Assembly (NCBI GenBank): GCA_963783575.1
Contig: CAWAOD010000014.1
Coordinates: 64,001-128,000, forward strand
DNA from: an uncultured Spirochaetota bacterium
GTDB lineage: Bacteria > Spirochaetota > Brevinematia > Brevinematales > JAOACQ01
Length of the DNA: 64,000 bases
Direction: 5' to 3'
Notes under the pieces: model-generated
Databases searched by the model: none
Told to the model about the DNA's origin: nothing
What the model saw: only the letters and a program-made list of their open reading frames with translations
Position numbers and translations under genes: made by a program
Part shown: positions 53,358 to 63,965 of the stretch, piece after piece
Position numbering within the stretch: position 1 is the stretch's first letter
Layout: the number at the start of each line of letters is the position of its first letter

Positions 53358-54889
53358 AAAGTTTTATATATATTATCCGTCTGTTTTTTTTGATACTTTT
53401 AACTTTAAGTATCCCTTTTTTTTTTGCTAATTTCCAGATCATTATAAACTTTGCCGATAGAATTTTTCATTTAAAACCTAACCCGGCTTTCAGCGGCGGC
53501 GAAGTTATGGCGGTATTTATGGACGATTTTAATGATGATAACGGAGCCGGTAAATTAAGTTATCCTGCAAATCCCGCTTACCGGCCTGAAGGAACACTGG
53601 ACCTTGTAAAATATGAAGTTTACCGTCCGCAGATAAACGCTCCATGGAACCCTGAAGGTGAGAAGGATTATTGGCAGATTGGGCTTACATTTCAGAATAT
53701 GACCAACACAACGGGCAGTATTCATCCATTTTCACAGGCTGTTATAGAAGTCTATATCTGTTTCGGAGGAATTAATGAGGGTTCCACTAAAACATATTTT
53801 CACGACTCAGCACTTGTGAGCTTTGATAGTAAGCATTCATGGGATATAATGATTCATATTGACGCATATCATAAAACCGGTACGCTCTATTCTTACGATC
53901 ATTCCCTGGAATTGCCCGTACCGGTTTATGTGATTCCCGATAAAAACAAAGTCCTTGCTAGAATACCATTGAACAATAAATTAACAGATAAGATTCTGGA
54001 CGGCAGAAAGACCTGGCATTATGTTCTGATCGGCGCTTATGATGGGCTTGAGAATGGAAATTTCATGAGGGTTGGTCTAAAACCGGTCCGTAATTCAGGC
54101 GGCGGGGCATTATCAAAATACACACCAAGGGTTTATGATATTTTAGTTCCTGAAGGAAAAAATCAAAGTGAAATACTTGCTAATTTTAATGAGAAAAAAA
54201 GCAGCTATGCAGTTCTCTATCCGATTGAAGTAGATCAGAATGAGAAGCCTGCTGAAAAGATGATTATAAATGAAAAATCAGCAATATTACGAAAAGCAAT
54301 AGAAAATAAAAAAGCAGTTGATGCTCAGGCGGCAATTGATAAACTATTAAATCTTGAAAAAGAAGGAGCCGGATATGCAGAACTTTCAGCGGCAGCTTTC
54401 TTTGCAGGGGATGAGGGTAAAGCCTGGGAATTCTGTGTTAAGGCTTTGAAAGAAAATCCTGATAACCCGATGGTTCTTGCCTTCAGAGGAGCATTGACCG
54501 CAAAGAAAGCCGGAATTGAAAAATCGCCAGGGAAAGCGATAAAAATTGTTTATATAGCCTATCGTGACCTTAATAAATCCGTTGAAACTTCCAGGGACGA
54601 TGCTTCATTAATAACCGCATTGATATGCAGGGGCGAAGTATCAATGGCAGTCCCTGAAATGGTATTCCAGAAGAACTTTCAGGGGAGTCTGGATTTTAAG
54701 AAAGCCGCTTTGCTCTGGAAATCTTACGGCGCTTCTTCCACAGAACTTGCCGACCTTTTTATAAAAGCTGCTGTCTGTTATGAAAATTCAGGATTCCGGG
54801 AAGAATCTGGACTGGAATTTTACCGTGCTAAAAGTTTTACCAATCTATCTGCTTATGCTCAATATGAACTTTATAGACATGGTTTTTGA
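53354..54889 (+). CDS. Glucodextranase-C/DOMON-like domain plus TPR protein
   Basis: D..NDDNGAGKLSYP, FSQAVIEVYI, GGG..PRVYDIL.P motifs; C-terminal TPR-like helices. Confidence 0.65.
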   Translation: MKSFIYIIRLFFLILLTLSIPFFFANFQIIINFADRIFHLKPNPAFSGGEVMAVFMDDFNDDNGAGKLSYPANPAYRPEGTLDLVKYEVYRPQINAPWNPEGEKDYWQIGLTFQNMTNTTGSIHPFSQAVIEVYICFGGINEGSTKTYFHDSALVSFDSKHSWDIMIHIDAYHKTGTLYSYDHSLELPVPVYVIPDKNKVLARIPLNNKLTDKILDGRKTWHYVLIGAYDGLENGNFMRVGLKPVRNSGGGALSKYTPRVYDILVPEGKNQSEILANFNEKKSSYAVLYPIEVDQNEKPAEKMIINEKSAILRKAIENKKAVDAQAAIDKLLNLEKEGAGYAELSAAAFFAGDEGKAWEFCVKALKENPDNPMVLAFRGALTAKKAGIEKSPGKAIKIVYIAYRDLNKSVETSRDDASLITALICRGEVSMAVPEMVFQKNFQGSLDFKKAALLWKSYGASSTELADLFIKAAVCYENSGFREESGLEFYRAKSFTNLSAYAQYELYRHGF

Positions 54890-54961
54890 GGGGAAACCTT
54901 TTTTCTTGCCAAATGTGTCCCGTCTTCTTACAATAAAATATCTTGTAATGAAGAGGGCGGG

Positions 54962-55867
54962 ATGCTGCATATCGGGATTTTCTATTGGTTTATTTCTTTT
55001 ACTATGGGATTCGGTTCAATACTATTAGCATTTGTTGTTTATTTAAAAGAAAAAACCATAATCTTACGGTATTATTTAGAAATGATGTTTTGCTTTACAC
55101 TGCTGGTAGTTTCCCAGACCCTGGTATTTTATTTCCGGAATATGAACCTGTTTCCCGGGATGATCATCTGGCTGTTCAGCCTGACTTATATCGGATGCTG
55201 CGGTTTAACAGCAGCTTTTCCGCGGATGGCGCATTCGCTTTTAAATATTAAGGGAAGAAAATGGCTGGAAAAAACTGCCGCTATCTTGGCATTTGTCATG
55301 ATTATACTTTATTTTGCGACACTCCGGACAAGATTCAACAACTGGATTATTAACACTAATTTTATATTGATGACTTTTTCGATCCTTTACATTATTCTTT
55401 CCAATATCATCCGTATGGGCATTCAGAAAAAGGGGAAAGTGGAAAACACAGTTTTTACGTTATCCATATCAATAATTACCCTCATTTTAATGCCGGCTTT
55501 TATAATGCTGGATTTTTTTTATGATTATATTCCGTTTATCCATCCTTATATTCTCAAAGGCTTTTATACACTTCCGGGATTTTATTTTATCTGGAACCTG
55601 CTTTTTCTAATCCAAATGATGAAACAACAGCTTCAAATAAAAACTAAAGTGTTAGCTTTTGAAATAAATGAAACAAATTTAAGCAGATTCGATTTATCCG
55701 TCCGGGAAATTGAAATTTTAAAGCTTCTTATACAGGGTTTCAGCTATAAGGATATTGGAAAAAAAGTTTTTATAGCTCCATCAACAGTAAAAACACATGC
55801 AATTCATATTTATCAAAAAACCGGGGCTAAAAACAAGATAGGGCTGATTCATCTGTTAAATAAATAA
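54962..55867 (+). CDS. Membrane-anchored LuxR-family regulator
   Basis: About 7 TMs followed by LSVREIEILKLLIQGFSYKDIG..STVKTHAIHIYQK. Confidence 0.88.
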   Translation: MLHIGIFYWFISFTMGFGSILLAFVVYLKEKTIILRYYLEMMFCFTLLVVSQTLVFYFRNMNLFPGMIIWLFSLTYIGCCGLTAAFPRMAHSLLNIKGRKWLEKTAAILAFVMIILYFATLRTRFNNWIINTNFILMTFSILYIILSNIIRMGIQKKGKVENTVFTLSISIITLILMPAFIMLDFFYDYIPFIHPYILKGFYTLPGFYFIWNLLFLIQMMKQQLQIKTKVLAFEINETNLSRFDLSVREIEILKLLIQGFSYKDIGKKVFIAPSTVKTHAIHIYQKTGAKNKIGLIHLLNK

Positions 55868-55944
55868 CATATTTATTTATTTGACTGGATTGACAATTAA
55901 CCGCAAGCCCCTGAATTAATTTATGGGGTAAGGGCGTAATACCC

Positions 55945-56712
55945 CGTTGCGTCAAAAAAAAAGGTACTCAAAATTGTATCGTTGCTTCATAAATAAAACC
56001 TACTCCAAATTTATTATCTGAATCATACTTTTTTTTACGGATATTCCATAATTTTCTTTGATATTGCGATATCCTTTTTCTAAGATCATATTAATCCAAT
56101 CCTTCATGAACTTTTTTCAACTTACCCTTTCTTTTAGCAGAGATAGCCGGATGTTCCATTAATCTCTGGCAAGGCGTTTTTATATCATTTGTTTCTTTCT
56201 GACTTTACTACCAATCCTTTCTTTTTCAGTCAACTTCATCACTGGTAGAAAATGGTTAGTATAAAGACGAAGAGACGTGTAGAGTTCATTCAAAATAATA
56301 ACTTCTTTTTCCGTATCATATCGTAAATAACCCACAGTTTTCCGGACTACAGAATAGTTTTTTGTTCTATATAACAGTTGTCATTGGACCTTGTGCTTCG
56401 CCCTCTGGTAAACTTGATGCTGTGTTCCTCACAAAATTTTTTCAAATGATGATTGATGAATTCAGCTCCTGTATCTGAATCCAACCCTAAAATCTGAAAC
56501 GGAAGCTGACCAATAACATTTTCAATGCCCTCTTTCGTCCAGATAGCGGCTTTGTTCTTTATGGCAAAAGTTTCTGTCCAGCCGCTGCATACATCTACCA
56601 TATCCAACGTCTGGGCAAAATCACCCTGACTATTACCGCCTTCATGGCCGACAAGGTCTATCTCCATAAAGCCAGGCATATTTGCATCCCAATCCGGGGG
56701 AAAGTTTACCAT
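55945..56712 (-). mobile_element. 5'-truncated, frameshifted integrase-core (ISNCY-like) transposase with its right end
   Basis: PGFMEIDLVGHEGG, DSDTGAEFIN, NDNCYIEQK(N); repeated end motif CGTTGC(G/T)TCA at 55945 and 55980. Confidence 0.75.
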
Positions 56713-56810
56713 TTTTTACAAACAAAAACAAACCTCAAGAAATTATAAATTAAACGGCATGTTTCATCCAGAATTCTTATTATAAACTTTTCGCACCCCT
56801 TGAGGCGTGC

Positions 56811-57208
56811 CTATTTCATCGCTCCATTGGAAATAAGAAGTTCCGATATATCCTTATAACCTTTTTCAATTGCCAATCGGAGCGGGGTGTAGCCATACAA
56901 ATCTTTAAAATTGATGTCAGCGCCTTTGGAAATTAGCAGTTTCACAATATTTATGCGGTGATATTCTGTTGCTTTATTCAATGGAGTCCTGCCATAATCT
57001 TGTTTACTTTAGCGCCGCCTGAAACAAGCTTTTCCACAATATCTTCCTTTCCACTTTCCACCACACATATCAACGGAGTGTAAAGACGTCTATTTATGTA
57101 CCCAGCCGGGGGTGCCCAACTACTATTTAAGGATATATTTACATCGGCTCCTCTAGAAATAAGCATTTCATCGAGGCTCATAAAGGTTGACTCAATCAAA
57201 TTTCTCAT
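56811..57208 (-). pseudogene. Ankyrin-repeat protein, frameshifted
   Basis: GADVN, TPLI..G..DIVEKL, and in the shifted frame TPLNKA..IVKLLISKGADINFKDLYGYTPL. Confidence 0.7.
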
Positions 57209-57420
57209 AATTGTTTCCTATAAGAGACTTTACTTTATGAGATAAATTACTTCTGGTATCATAGGTTGTCAAATAAAACTTAGACAAGATCAGGAGGTGT
57301 GGATCCTTGGCAATTTTAACAAAATAAATTCCTCTCAACAGATGATAACCATAACAATTATATATGGTTTGTCTCGAAGATCGATTGTTTTTATATTTAA
57401 TTATATTATAGAGATGATAA

Positions 57421-57510
57421 ATGATTAAGGAATTACCTCTTATCTTTTTCCCCGATCGATCCGCATTTCATAACTGGCTGATTGTTAATTACGATTCCGA
57501 AGGTATATGG
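57421..57510 (+). pseudogene. N-terminal fragment of a YdeI/OmdA-like protein
   Basis: MIKELPLIFFPDRSAFHNWL..GIW, cut at an inverted-repeat element. Confidence 0.5.
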
Positions 57511-57622
57511 GGTTACCTTGGAATTTCCGATGTCAATCCAAATATTTTATTTGATCGGATTCTGTAATTATTTATCAGATAAGACTTAACGTACTAAATT
57601 ATCCGAATTCCAAGGTCAACCC
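57510..57622. mobile_element. MITE-like element (about 113 bp) with imperfect terminal inverted repeats
   Basis: GGGTTACCTTGGAATT ... AATTCCAAGGTCAACCC. Confidence 0.55.
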
Positions 57623-57623
57623 T

Positions 57624-57752
57624 TATGGAACTTTCACTGTTACTCTTGATATTACAAAATATACAAAGGTGAAGATTTTTTCTGAAATTGGGAAAAAGAC
57701 CAATTTGTTTGTCAGATTTTCTACTGTCACCGGGGAAAGAAGCACAGCCGAT
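57624..57752 (+). pseudogene. Internal fragment of a monofunctional heme catalase
   Basis: [43 protein letters not shown]. Confidence 0.8.
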
Positions 57753-57831
57753 CCACACCCAATCCATAAATGGTGATTATTTCCCGTATCTACCTTACCT
57801 GTTAATAGTTTTAAACTATAAGTTCATTTTT

Positions 57832-58102
57832 TTCAATTCCTGCATGGGTCTGCATCAGCTTTATGGACCGCTATCTTTAATCCGTATTGTTTCTGAAGGT
57901 AGGCACAGTTTCCGATGTGATCGAGGTCGCCGTGAGTAATTATAACCAGTTTGATATCACCGGGCGCAATGCCTTCCTAATCCAGCATTTTTAAAAGCCT
58001 GATCCGGCTCATTGATAATCTGGTGTCTATGAGGAACGGCCCGTTATCGGTTTTTACCAGTTATGCGTTTACCATCCCAAGGGCGAGATGTTTAATTTCC
58101 AT
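57832..58102 (-). pseudogene. Metallo-beta-lactamase-fold hydrolase remnant with in-frame stops
   Basis: MEIKHLALGMVNA*LVK..FLIDT..IKLVIITHGDLDHIGN..IAVHKAD. Confidence 0.7.
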
Positions 58103-58165
58103 TTTCCACTTCCAGATTTAAATTTTACTTTAAGAATAATTCTTTTTCAACAAGCGTGCCCCTTT

Positions 58166-58339
58166 GGTTCGTCAAGCTCACCAACCGTCCCCGCAGTTTA
58201 CGGAGTTTATCCCGAGCAAGCCGCGGGGCTGCCTATCAATTTGGCTTCCCGCTATTCTGCATTTATAATACCTCGCAGTGCTTGCACTGTGGTTTGGCAG
58301 GCTCACCAACCAAGCTTGTCGAATGAGGGCTGCGGGGAT
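58166..58339. repeat. Degenerate REP-like palindrome cluster
   Basis: GGTTCGTCAAGCTCACCAACC, GGTTTGGCAGGCTCACCAACC and AAGCTTGTCGAA; outer TCCCCGCAG...CTGCGGGGA. Confidence 0.55.
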
Positions 58340-58463
58340 AGTTTATTCTCGAAATCCAGAAAATCCAGCAAACCCTCCGGTAAAATTTTAACGCATTATT
58401 TACTATAAAATAAACCCGCTGAAAAATCAATCGGTTTTTTATAATTTTAACATTTATTTATGT

Positions 58464-60171
58464 CCCAAACTGAGCGATTTTTTAATAAATACCAAAAACA
58501 GGTTTATAAAAGCCAAAATTTATAAAAATTTGGATATATTTTTTTGTCACCGGTTAATTTGCCGAATTTATGCGTTTGAAAGCACTAAAATCATCAATCT
58601 CTGAGATATTTTCAATTTTTGGCGCAATACCCCCTTATTAATCCATGAAAACAGAGCGCATCTTTAAATCGGGGTAACCGTTCCGCATTTCTCCCACAAA
58701 TCTAACAATTTAAACCTGTCAACTACTTCTTCCCTGAATTTTAAAATAGCCCGCCCGCCTGTTTTAACAATCTTTCCCGCAATATCAATAAATATTCGCC
58801 TGACCGTATCCGGATAACTTTCCACTGGTATTTCCGGTATATCCATATCCGCCTGATAAGCCGACAGCAGATTATACGCTATTATCGATAAAAAATAATA
58901 TACACCGTTTGATACAAAACTCTTAAACGGCAGTGTTTCATCCACGAATTCTTTTATTCCACGGTTCACCAGTTCATCTTTTGCCCTCAGATGATAGAGC
59001 CTCACTATTTCCTCTGCCGTCATATATTTCACAAGCCCCTTTTCTTTCAATACTTCCGCTTCTTCAAGATTTGTATAAATAATATTTTCAGGCCTGTCGA
59101 ACGCTAATCTGAAAACCCCGTCTTCACATTCATATTTGGTATAAATGGCACGGTATCCCTTTTCCCAGCTATCCCGTCTGTCCCGAAAGTCCAGGTATTC
59201 AATTACATCTCCTTTTTTCTCAAACCTTCTCCATTCTTCCGGCAATCGCTTCATCAAATCGAGTTTGATTGAATCCAGTATTCTCCCGCCGCATATAAAG
59301 AACAGTTTCAGGTCTTCCAGCTTCTTAAAATACTTTTGGTCAAAAAACCCGCTATCAGACACAACGATAATCGGCACCTCTTTGTCATAGCATTTCCGGA
59401 TTTCCTTCACTGTTTCTTCCAGCATTGTAAACAGATCGTCACCGTGATTCGGGGATTCGCTTCCTTCGTGGAACGCCAGGTTCACGATAAAACCATTCCA
59501 ATACATATGCAGCGGATGATACCCGTTAACCTTTTTGTAGGTATAAGTCACGCCGTTTCGCTTTTTAGCGTCATCATTATTCAGTACCATCGTATCAAGT
59601 CCGAGAATAATAACTTTCGGGTTCTTTATCTTGAGACGCCAGACAAAAAGCTTAATTAGAATCTTTTGAAGCTCTTTAAACATTGTCTTTTTTACCACTG
59701 AAAAAATCTCTTTATCACATGGGATGAGCACATATTGTCTTTGCTGCATTCAATGGCCTTTCTGTGCCCGATATCATTTGCCAATTCATCAAACCGGGTC
59801 ATGGTAAATTTGCTTCCATCTATGAAAAACAGCATCAATTGAGAAATAATTTTTTCTATATCTTTACCTTTGCGGCTCTTGCGAATTCCCTGAAATACTT
59901 CGCTGATCAGGGGAATAACTTTAATATTCTTGAGATATCTCAGGACAAACGTAAGCCCGCCGCGGCTGGTAAGACAATCTTTCGTTATGCCGATTTTTTG
60001 AATCTCATTTCCCTGAATTTTGCGATTTTTATTTTTTTCAGTCATAATTTACCTGCTTTTGCACCCAATGGGTGTTATTCCGGGGTAAGGATGGCTGTAA
60101 CCATTTCCTTACCCCATTTTATTTTGGCATGGTTTTATTTTTATGGATAGTTAAGAATCGCTCAGTTTAGG
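58464..60171 (-). mobile_element. Full-length IS1380-family element (1708 bp)
   Basis: IRs CCCAAACTGAGCGATT / AATCGCTCAGTTTAGG; 5-bp TSD TATGT at 58459-58463 and 60172-60176. Confidence 0.92.
58664..60045 (-). pseudogene. IS1380 DDE transposase split by a frameshift in the A6 run at 59701-59706
   Basis: LTSRGGL, LGLDT, GYHPL, VSDSGFF, YHLRAKDELVNRGIKE; one extra base joins the two ORFs. Confidence 0.88.
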
Positions 60172-60470
60172 TATGTTTATTAGCCGGTGAATTATAATTT
60201 TCATAATTTTATTGACATGGATTCATACAGTAATATATTTTTCACAAATTTGAAAGGATAAGTCAGGATGATTTATAAATAATTGCAAAATTATCCATTT
60301 TATCATTCTGAACTAAAACCTAATTTTGAATTATCTTTTAATCTGCAAAAAATACAAAAATACCACGGCTTTTTTTTGCAATTTAAATAATTTCCCGGTA
60401 CACACTACCATTAGCTCAAGACAAATACCCTGTCAATAATTGAAAATCAAATTTTTAAAGGTTTCATAAT

Positions 60471-61736
60471 ATGGAAAATCTAAAAACAAAATATACCTTT
60501 CAATACGGCATTTTATTTCCAGTGGTTTTCATTCTCGGATACATCTTCAGTTTTATTCAATACCAGTCAATCAGGAACAGCCTTATCGACCCGTATAATT
60601 CTATCATTGATTACAGAGTCCTGATGGGCATTTCCATAGTAAATATCTTTTTTCTGATTCTGTTTTACAAAAAGACCATAAATGTCCTCTTCCTTACAAT
60701 ACAATTGATTTTACTTCTGTTTATAATTACACTGTCAAACAACAATCTGGCAATAACGGTCATACTTTCCTCTGTCTTTCTTTTTTCATCCGGATATTAT
60801 CTTAAAAAACCAGGTAATTTATTTTTTACTGTTTTCGCAAGTTTTTCCATACTTTGTTTCCAGCAGTCCATTAACATTGATAATATTCAGACTCCGACAA
60901 TCAATGCCCGGGAATTTATCATGCTGTTATTTCTGTTTATTTTAATTCTTATCCTCAATTATATTATTTCTTCAATAATAGAATCATATGAGTCGCTCAC
61001 TGAAGTAATAGAAAAACAGAAAAATACAATAATTAATTTAATAGAAACCAATGTCGGCATCCAGAAATACGCTCTGAATAAAAAGGAAGAATTTGAAAAT
61101 GCGGAAAGGTTGAGGATAACACGCGATATTCATGATACCATCGGCTATGTTCTCACGAATAATATTATGCTTATCAGAGCCTGTTCTTATTATGTTCCCA
61201 GGAGATTAAAAAAAGCCCAGACTTTTTTAAGCGACGCTCTGACAAACGCTCAGAACGGACTCAATGAGACAAGAAGCATATTAAGAAAACTCCATAGTTT
61301 CAACAGGATAAAGGGAATCGAGGAGATCGTTAAAATAATCAAGCTCTTTAAGGAATCAACAGGCATTGAAGTTAATTATAATTTCGGTAATACAAAAGGA
61401 ACCTGGGGAAGTCAGTTGGATTATGTTTTTTTCCGGATAATACAGGAAGGGCTGGTGAATTCGGTCAAACATGGCAGGGCCACCAGAATATCCGTTTCGT
61501 TCTGGCAGACTGATAAGGAAATTTTATTAAGCATTTCCGATAACGGCAGAGAGCTCCAGGATGGCGAAATTAAAAAGGGAATCGGATTACAGGGTATGGA
61601 AGAAAGGCTTTCCCGTTTTAACGGAAAACTTGATGCTCAAAGTTACCCTCTCGGTTTTACTTTAAATATTTCGGTGCCTTTGGAATCTATAGAAAAAGAG
61701 GAGATAAATGAAATTAATCAAGCTGATGTTTGTTGA
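60471..61736 (+). CDS. Membrane sensor histidine kinase (HisKA_3, NarX/DesK type)
   Basis: TM N-terminus; ERLRITRDIHDTIG, RIIQEGLVNSVKHG, GIGLQGMEER. Confidence 0.92.
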   Translation: MENLKTKYTFQYGILFPVVFILGYIFSFIQYQSIRNSLIDPYNSIIDYRVLMGISIVNIFFLILFYKKTINVLFLTIQLILLLFIITLSNNNLAITVILSSVFLFSSGYYLKKPGNLFFTVFASFSILCFQQSINIDNIQTPTINAREFIMLLFLFILILILNYIISSIIESYESLTEVIEKQKNTIINLIETNVGIQKYALNKKEEFENAERLRITRDIHDTIGYVLTNNIMLIRACSYYVPRRLKKAQTFLSDALTNAQNGLNETRSILRKLHSFNRIKGIEEIVKIIKLFKESTGIEVNYNFGNTKGTWGSQLDYVFFRIIQEGLVNSVKHGRATRISVSFWQTDKEILLSISDNGRELQDGEIKKGIGLQGMEERLSRFNGKLDAQSYPLGFTLNISVPLESIEKEEINEINQADVC

Positions 61737-62361
61737 TGATCAGAAAATATTCATCGAAAGCCTAACCCAGATCTTGAAAAAAATCGCGAAGTTCATCAGG
61801 GTCACATCGTTTGCCTTCAACGGCAAAGAAGCGGTTGAAGCTGTGGAAAAAGATATTCCAGATATGATAATTATGGACATCCGCATGCCAGTAATGAATG
61901 GAGTGGATGCTGTAAAATTGATCCATCAGAAACATCCGGACATCAAAATTATCATGCTGACCACCTATGATGATGATGAATATGTAAAAGATGCGTTAAA
62001 ATATGGGGCCAGCGGCTACTTATTGAAGGATATACCAATAGAAGACCTGGTAACACAGATAAAAATTGTCTGTACCGGTAAGGTCGCGCCTATTTCCCGG
62101 AGCGTTCTGGAAAAACTGACGCATAATATCTCAGAAACAGATACCGCAGAAGCCCCTTCCTGGCTTGATGAACTGAATAAAACCGAAAAGAAAATATTAA
62201 AACTCATAGCTGAAGGAATGGATAATAATGAAATTACGGAAAGGATTTTTCTGGCCGAACAAACTGTCAGAAACTATATCCATAAAATATATGAAAAAAC
62301 CGGTGTCCAGAACCGGACCCAGGCTCTCAAAACAGGCCGGAAATATATCAGTTTCCTTTAA
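61708..62361 (+). CDS. NarL/LuxR-family response regulator
   Basis: VDDQ, MDIRMP, LTTY, GYLLK, C-terminal HTH. Confidence 0.93.
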   Translation: MKLIKLMFVDDQKIFIESLTQILKKIAKFIRVTSFAFNGKEAVEAVEKDIPDMIIMDIRMPVMNGVDAVKLIHQKHPDIKIIMLTTYDDDEYVKDALKYGASGYLLKDIPIEDLVTQIKIVCTGKVAPISRSVLEKLTHNISETDTAEAPSWLDELNKTEKKILKLIAEGMDNNEITERIFLAEQTVRNYIHKIYEKTGVQNRTQALKTGRKYISFL

Positions 62362-62364
62362 ACA

Positions 62365-62384
62365 GGGGGCTTAAGCCCTTTTTT
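62365..62384 (+). terminator. Rho-independent terminator
   Basis: AGGGGGCTTAAGCCCTTTTTT. Confidence 0.6.
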
Positions 62385-62565
62385 CTATGAGATGTTTTCA
62401 TGGTACAAATTCGGTACAAAATAAGTATTTTTAATCCTATTCAAAACCGGAAATAAAAACTACAATTTATCTGACTTTTTCAAATGCTTAATGAACTAAT
62501 TCATCAAATGGGAAAAGATTCGGAATAAAATTGTAGACTGAAATTTCTCAATAAAGGAGGAAAAC

Positions 62566-63909
62566 ATGAAGAGATTTTTGTTGGTTCTGGTTTCGGCTTT
62601 CCTGGTTTTTTTTACCGCTTCAGTTCTTACTGCTGATAATGTAAAGCTGACTTTTGTTTACTGGGGAAGCCCTAACGAGGATATTGCTATGAAAGACGCT
62701 TTCAAGGCGTTTGAAGCTGCAAATCCTGGGATTACGGTCGAACCGATGTATATCCAGGGCGATATTTCCGGTACCGAATACGCGGCTAAACTAAGGGCTA
62801 TGGCTCAGGCTGGGACCCTGCCCGATCTCGGGTATTTCAGGCCGGATCAGTTCGGCGAGTTTGCCGCGGCTGGTTATATGATGGATCTGACATCAATGGT
62901 TGAAACTGAAAACCTTAAAAAGGATTATCTCCCTCAGGTATGGCTGAAAGTGAATAATAAGATTTATGGTGCTTATACCGCTGCGGAATGCCAGGTAATG
63001 TTTTACAATAAGGATGTCCTGAAAAAAGCCGACGTTCCTATACCACCGGCTGATTATGCAAAGGGATGGAAATGGGACCAGTTTGTTAAATATCTTAGAA
63101 TGGTCACAACCGATGCTAACGGCAAACATCCAGATGACAAGGGATTTGACTCAAAGAGGATTTCAACATACGGCGTCAGCTACCAGCTCTGGCATGCAAT
63201 GCTTACGCCGCCTTTGTGGAGCGGCGGTGGCGCAATCGTTTCAGCCGACGGGAAGCATTTCCTGATGGATTCCCCGGAATCGGTAGATGTAATACAGAAA
63301 ATCGCAGACCTGATTAACAAAGAAAAAGTAATGCCTTATACAAGCCCTTCTTCGACATCGCAGGCAGGGCTTCCCGCACCCCCGGTAATGCTGGCAAATG
63401 GTCAGCTGGGTTTTTATATTACCGGACAGTGGGAACTTCTTGATATCGCGAAAATGAATTTTCCGATGGGTATCGGAGCACTGCCGATAATTAAGAAACC
63501 TGCTCAGATGTATATCAGCGGAGCTTCAGTTATTTTTAAAGCTACAAAACATCCTAAGGAAGCCTGGCTTTTGCATAAATGGATGATGACCCCGGATAAG
63601 ACTTTAAACCTATACACAAGCGGTTTATGGATGCCTACAAAAGCTTCCTGGTATAAAGATCCTGCCGATCTTAAAAAATGGACAGACAATAATGTTCATC
63701 CCGCGGAATTCAAGACGGCAGTCCTGGATTCCATGAATGTCGCCGATCCGATTCCCGAAGTTGTTGTTAAAAATTATCCCCAGATAATTAACGAATGTGT
63801 AAGCCCGCAGCTTGATAAAGTATGGCTGGGCGAAATTTCCGCTAAAGAAGCGCTGAAAACAGCAGGCGACCTGGTCAGAAAGCAGAATTTAATGCAGGGT
63901 ACCTGGTAA
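62566..63909 (+). CDS. Sugar ABC transporter solute-binding protein (CUT1)
   Basis: AAGGAGG RBS; signal peptide; FEAANPGITVE, AGTLPDL, MFYNKD. Confidence 0.9.
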   Translation: MKRFLLVLVSAFLVFFTASVLTADNVKLTFVYWGSPNEDIAMKDAFKAFEAANPGITVEPMYIQGDISGTEYAAKLRAMAQAGTLPDLGYFRPDQFGEFAAAGYMMDLTSMVETENLKKDYLPQVWLKVNNKIYGAYTAAECQVMFYNKDVLKKADVPIPPADYAKGWKWDQFVKYLRMVTTDANGKHPDDKGFDSKRISTYGVSYQLWHAMLTPPLWSGGGAIVSADGKHFLMDSPESVDVIQKIADLINKEKVMPYTSPSSTSQAGLPAPPVMLANGQLGFYITGQWELLDIAKMNFPMGIGALPIIKKPAQMYISGASVIFKATKHPKEAWLLHKWMMTPDKTLNLYTSGLWMPTKASWYKDPADLKKWTDNNVHPAEFKTAVLDSMNVADPIPEVVVKNYPQIINECVSPQLDKVWLGEISAKEALKTAGDLVRKQNLMQGTW

Positions 63910-63933
63910 AAATACAAAATAATTAATATTAAA

Positions 63934-63965
63934 ATACTGAAACGTGTTAAAACACGTTTCAGTAT
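63934..63965 (+). terminator. Long intergenic hairpin after the SBP gene
   Basis: ATACTGAAACGTGTT-AA-AACACGTTTCAGTAT. Confidence 0.7.

Noticed and set aside
59692..59749. Programmed ribosomal frameshift in the IS1380 transposase
   Set aside because: IS1380 transposases are normally single ORFs; a one-base homopolymer loss explains the split.
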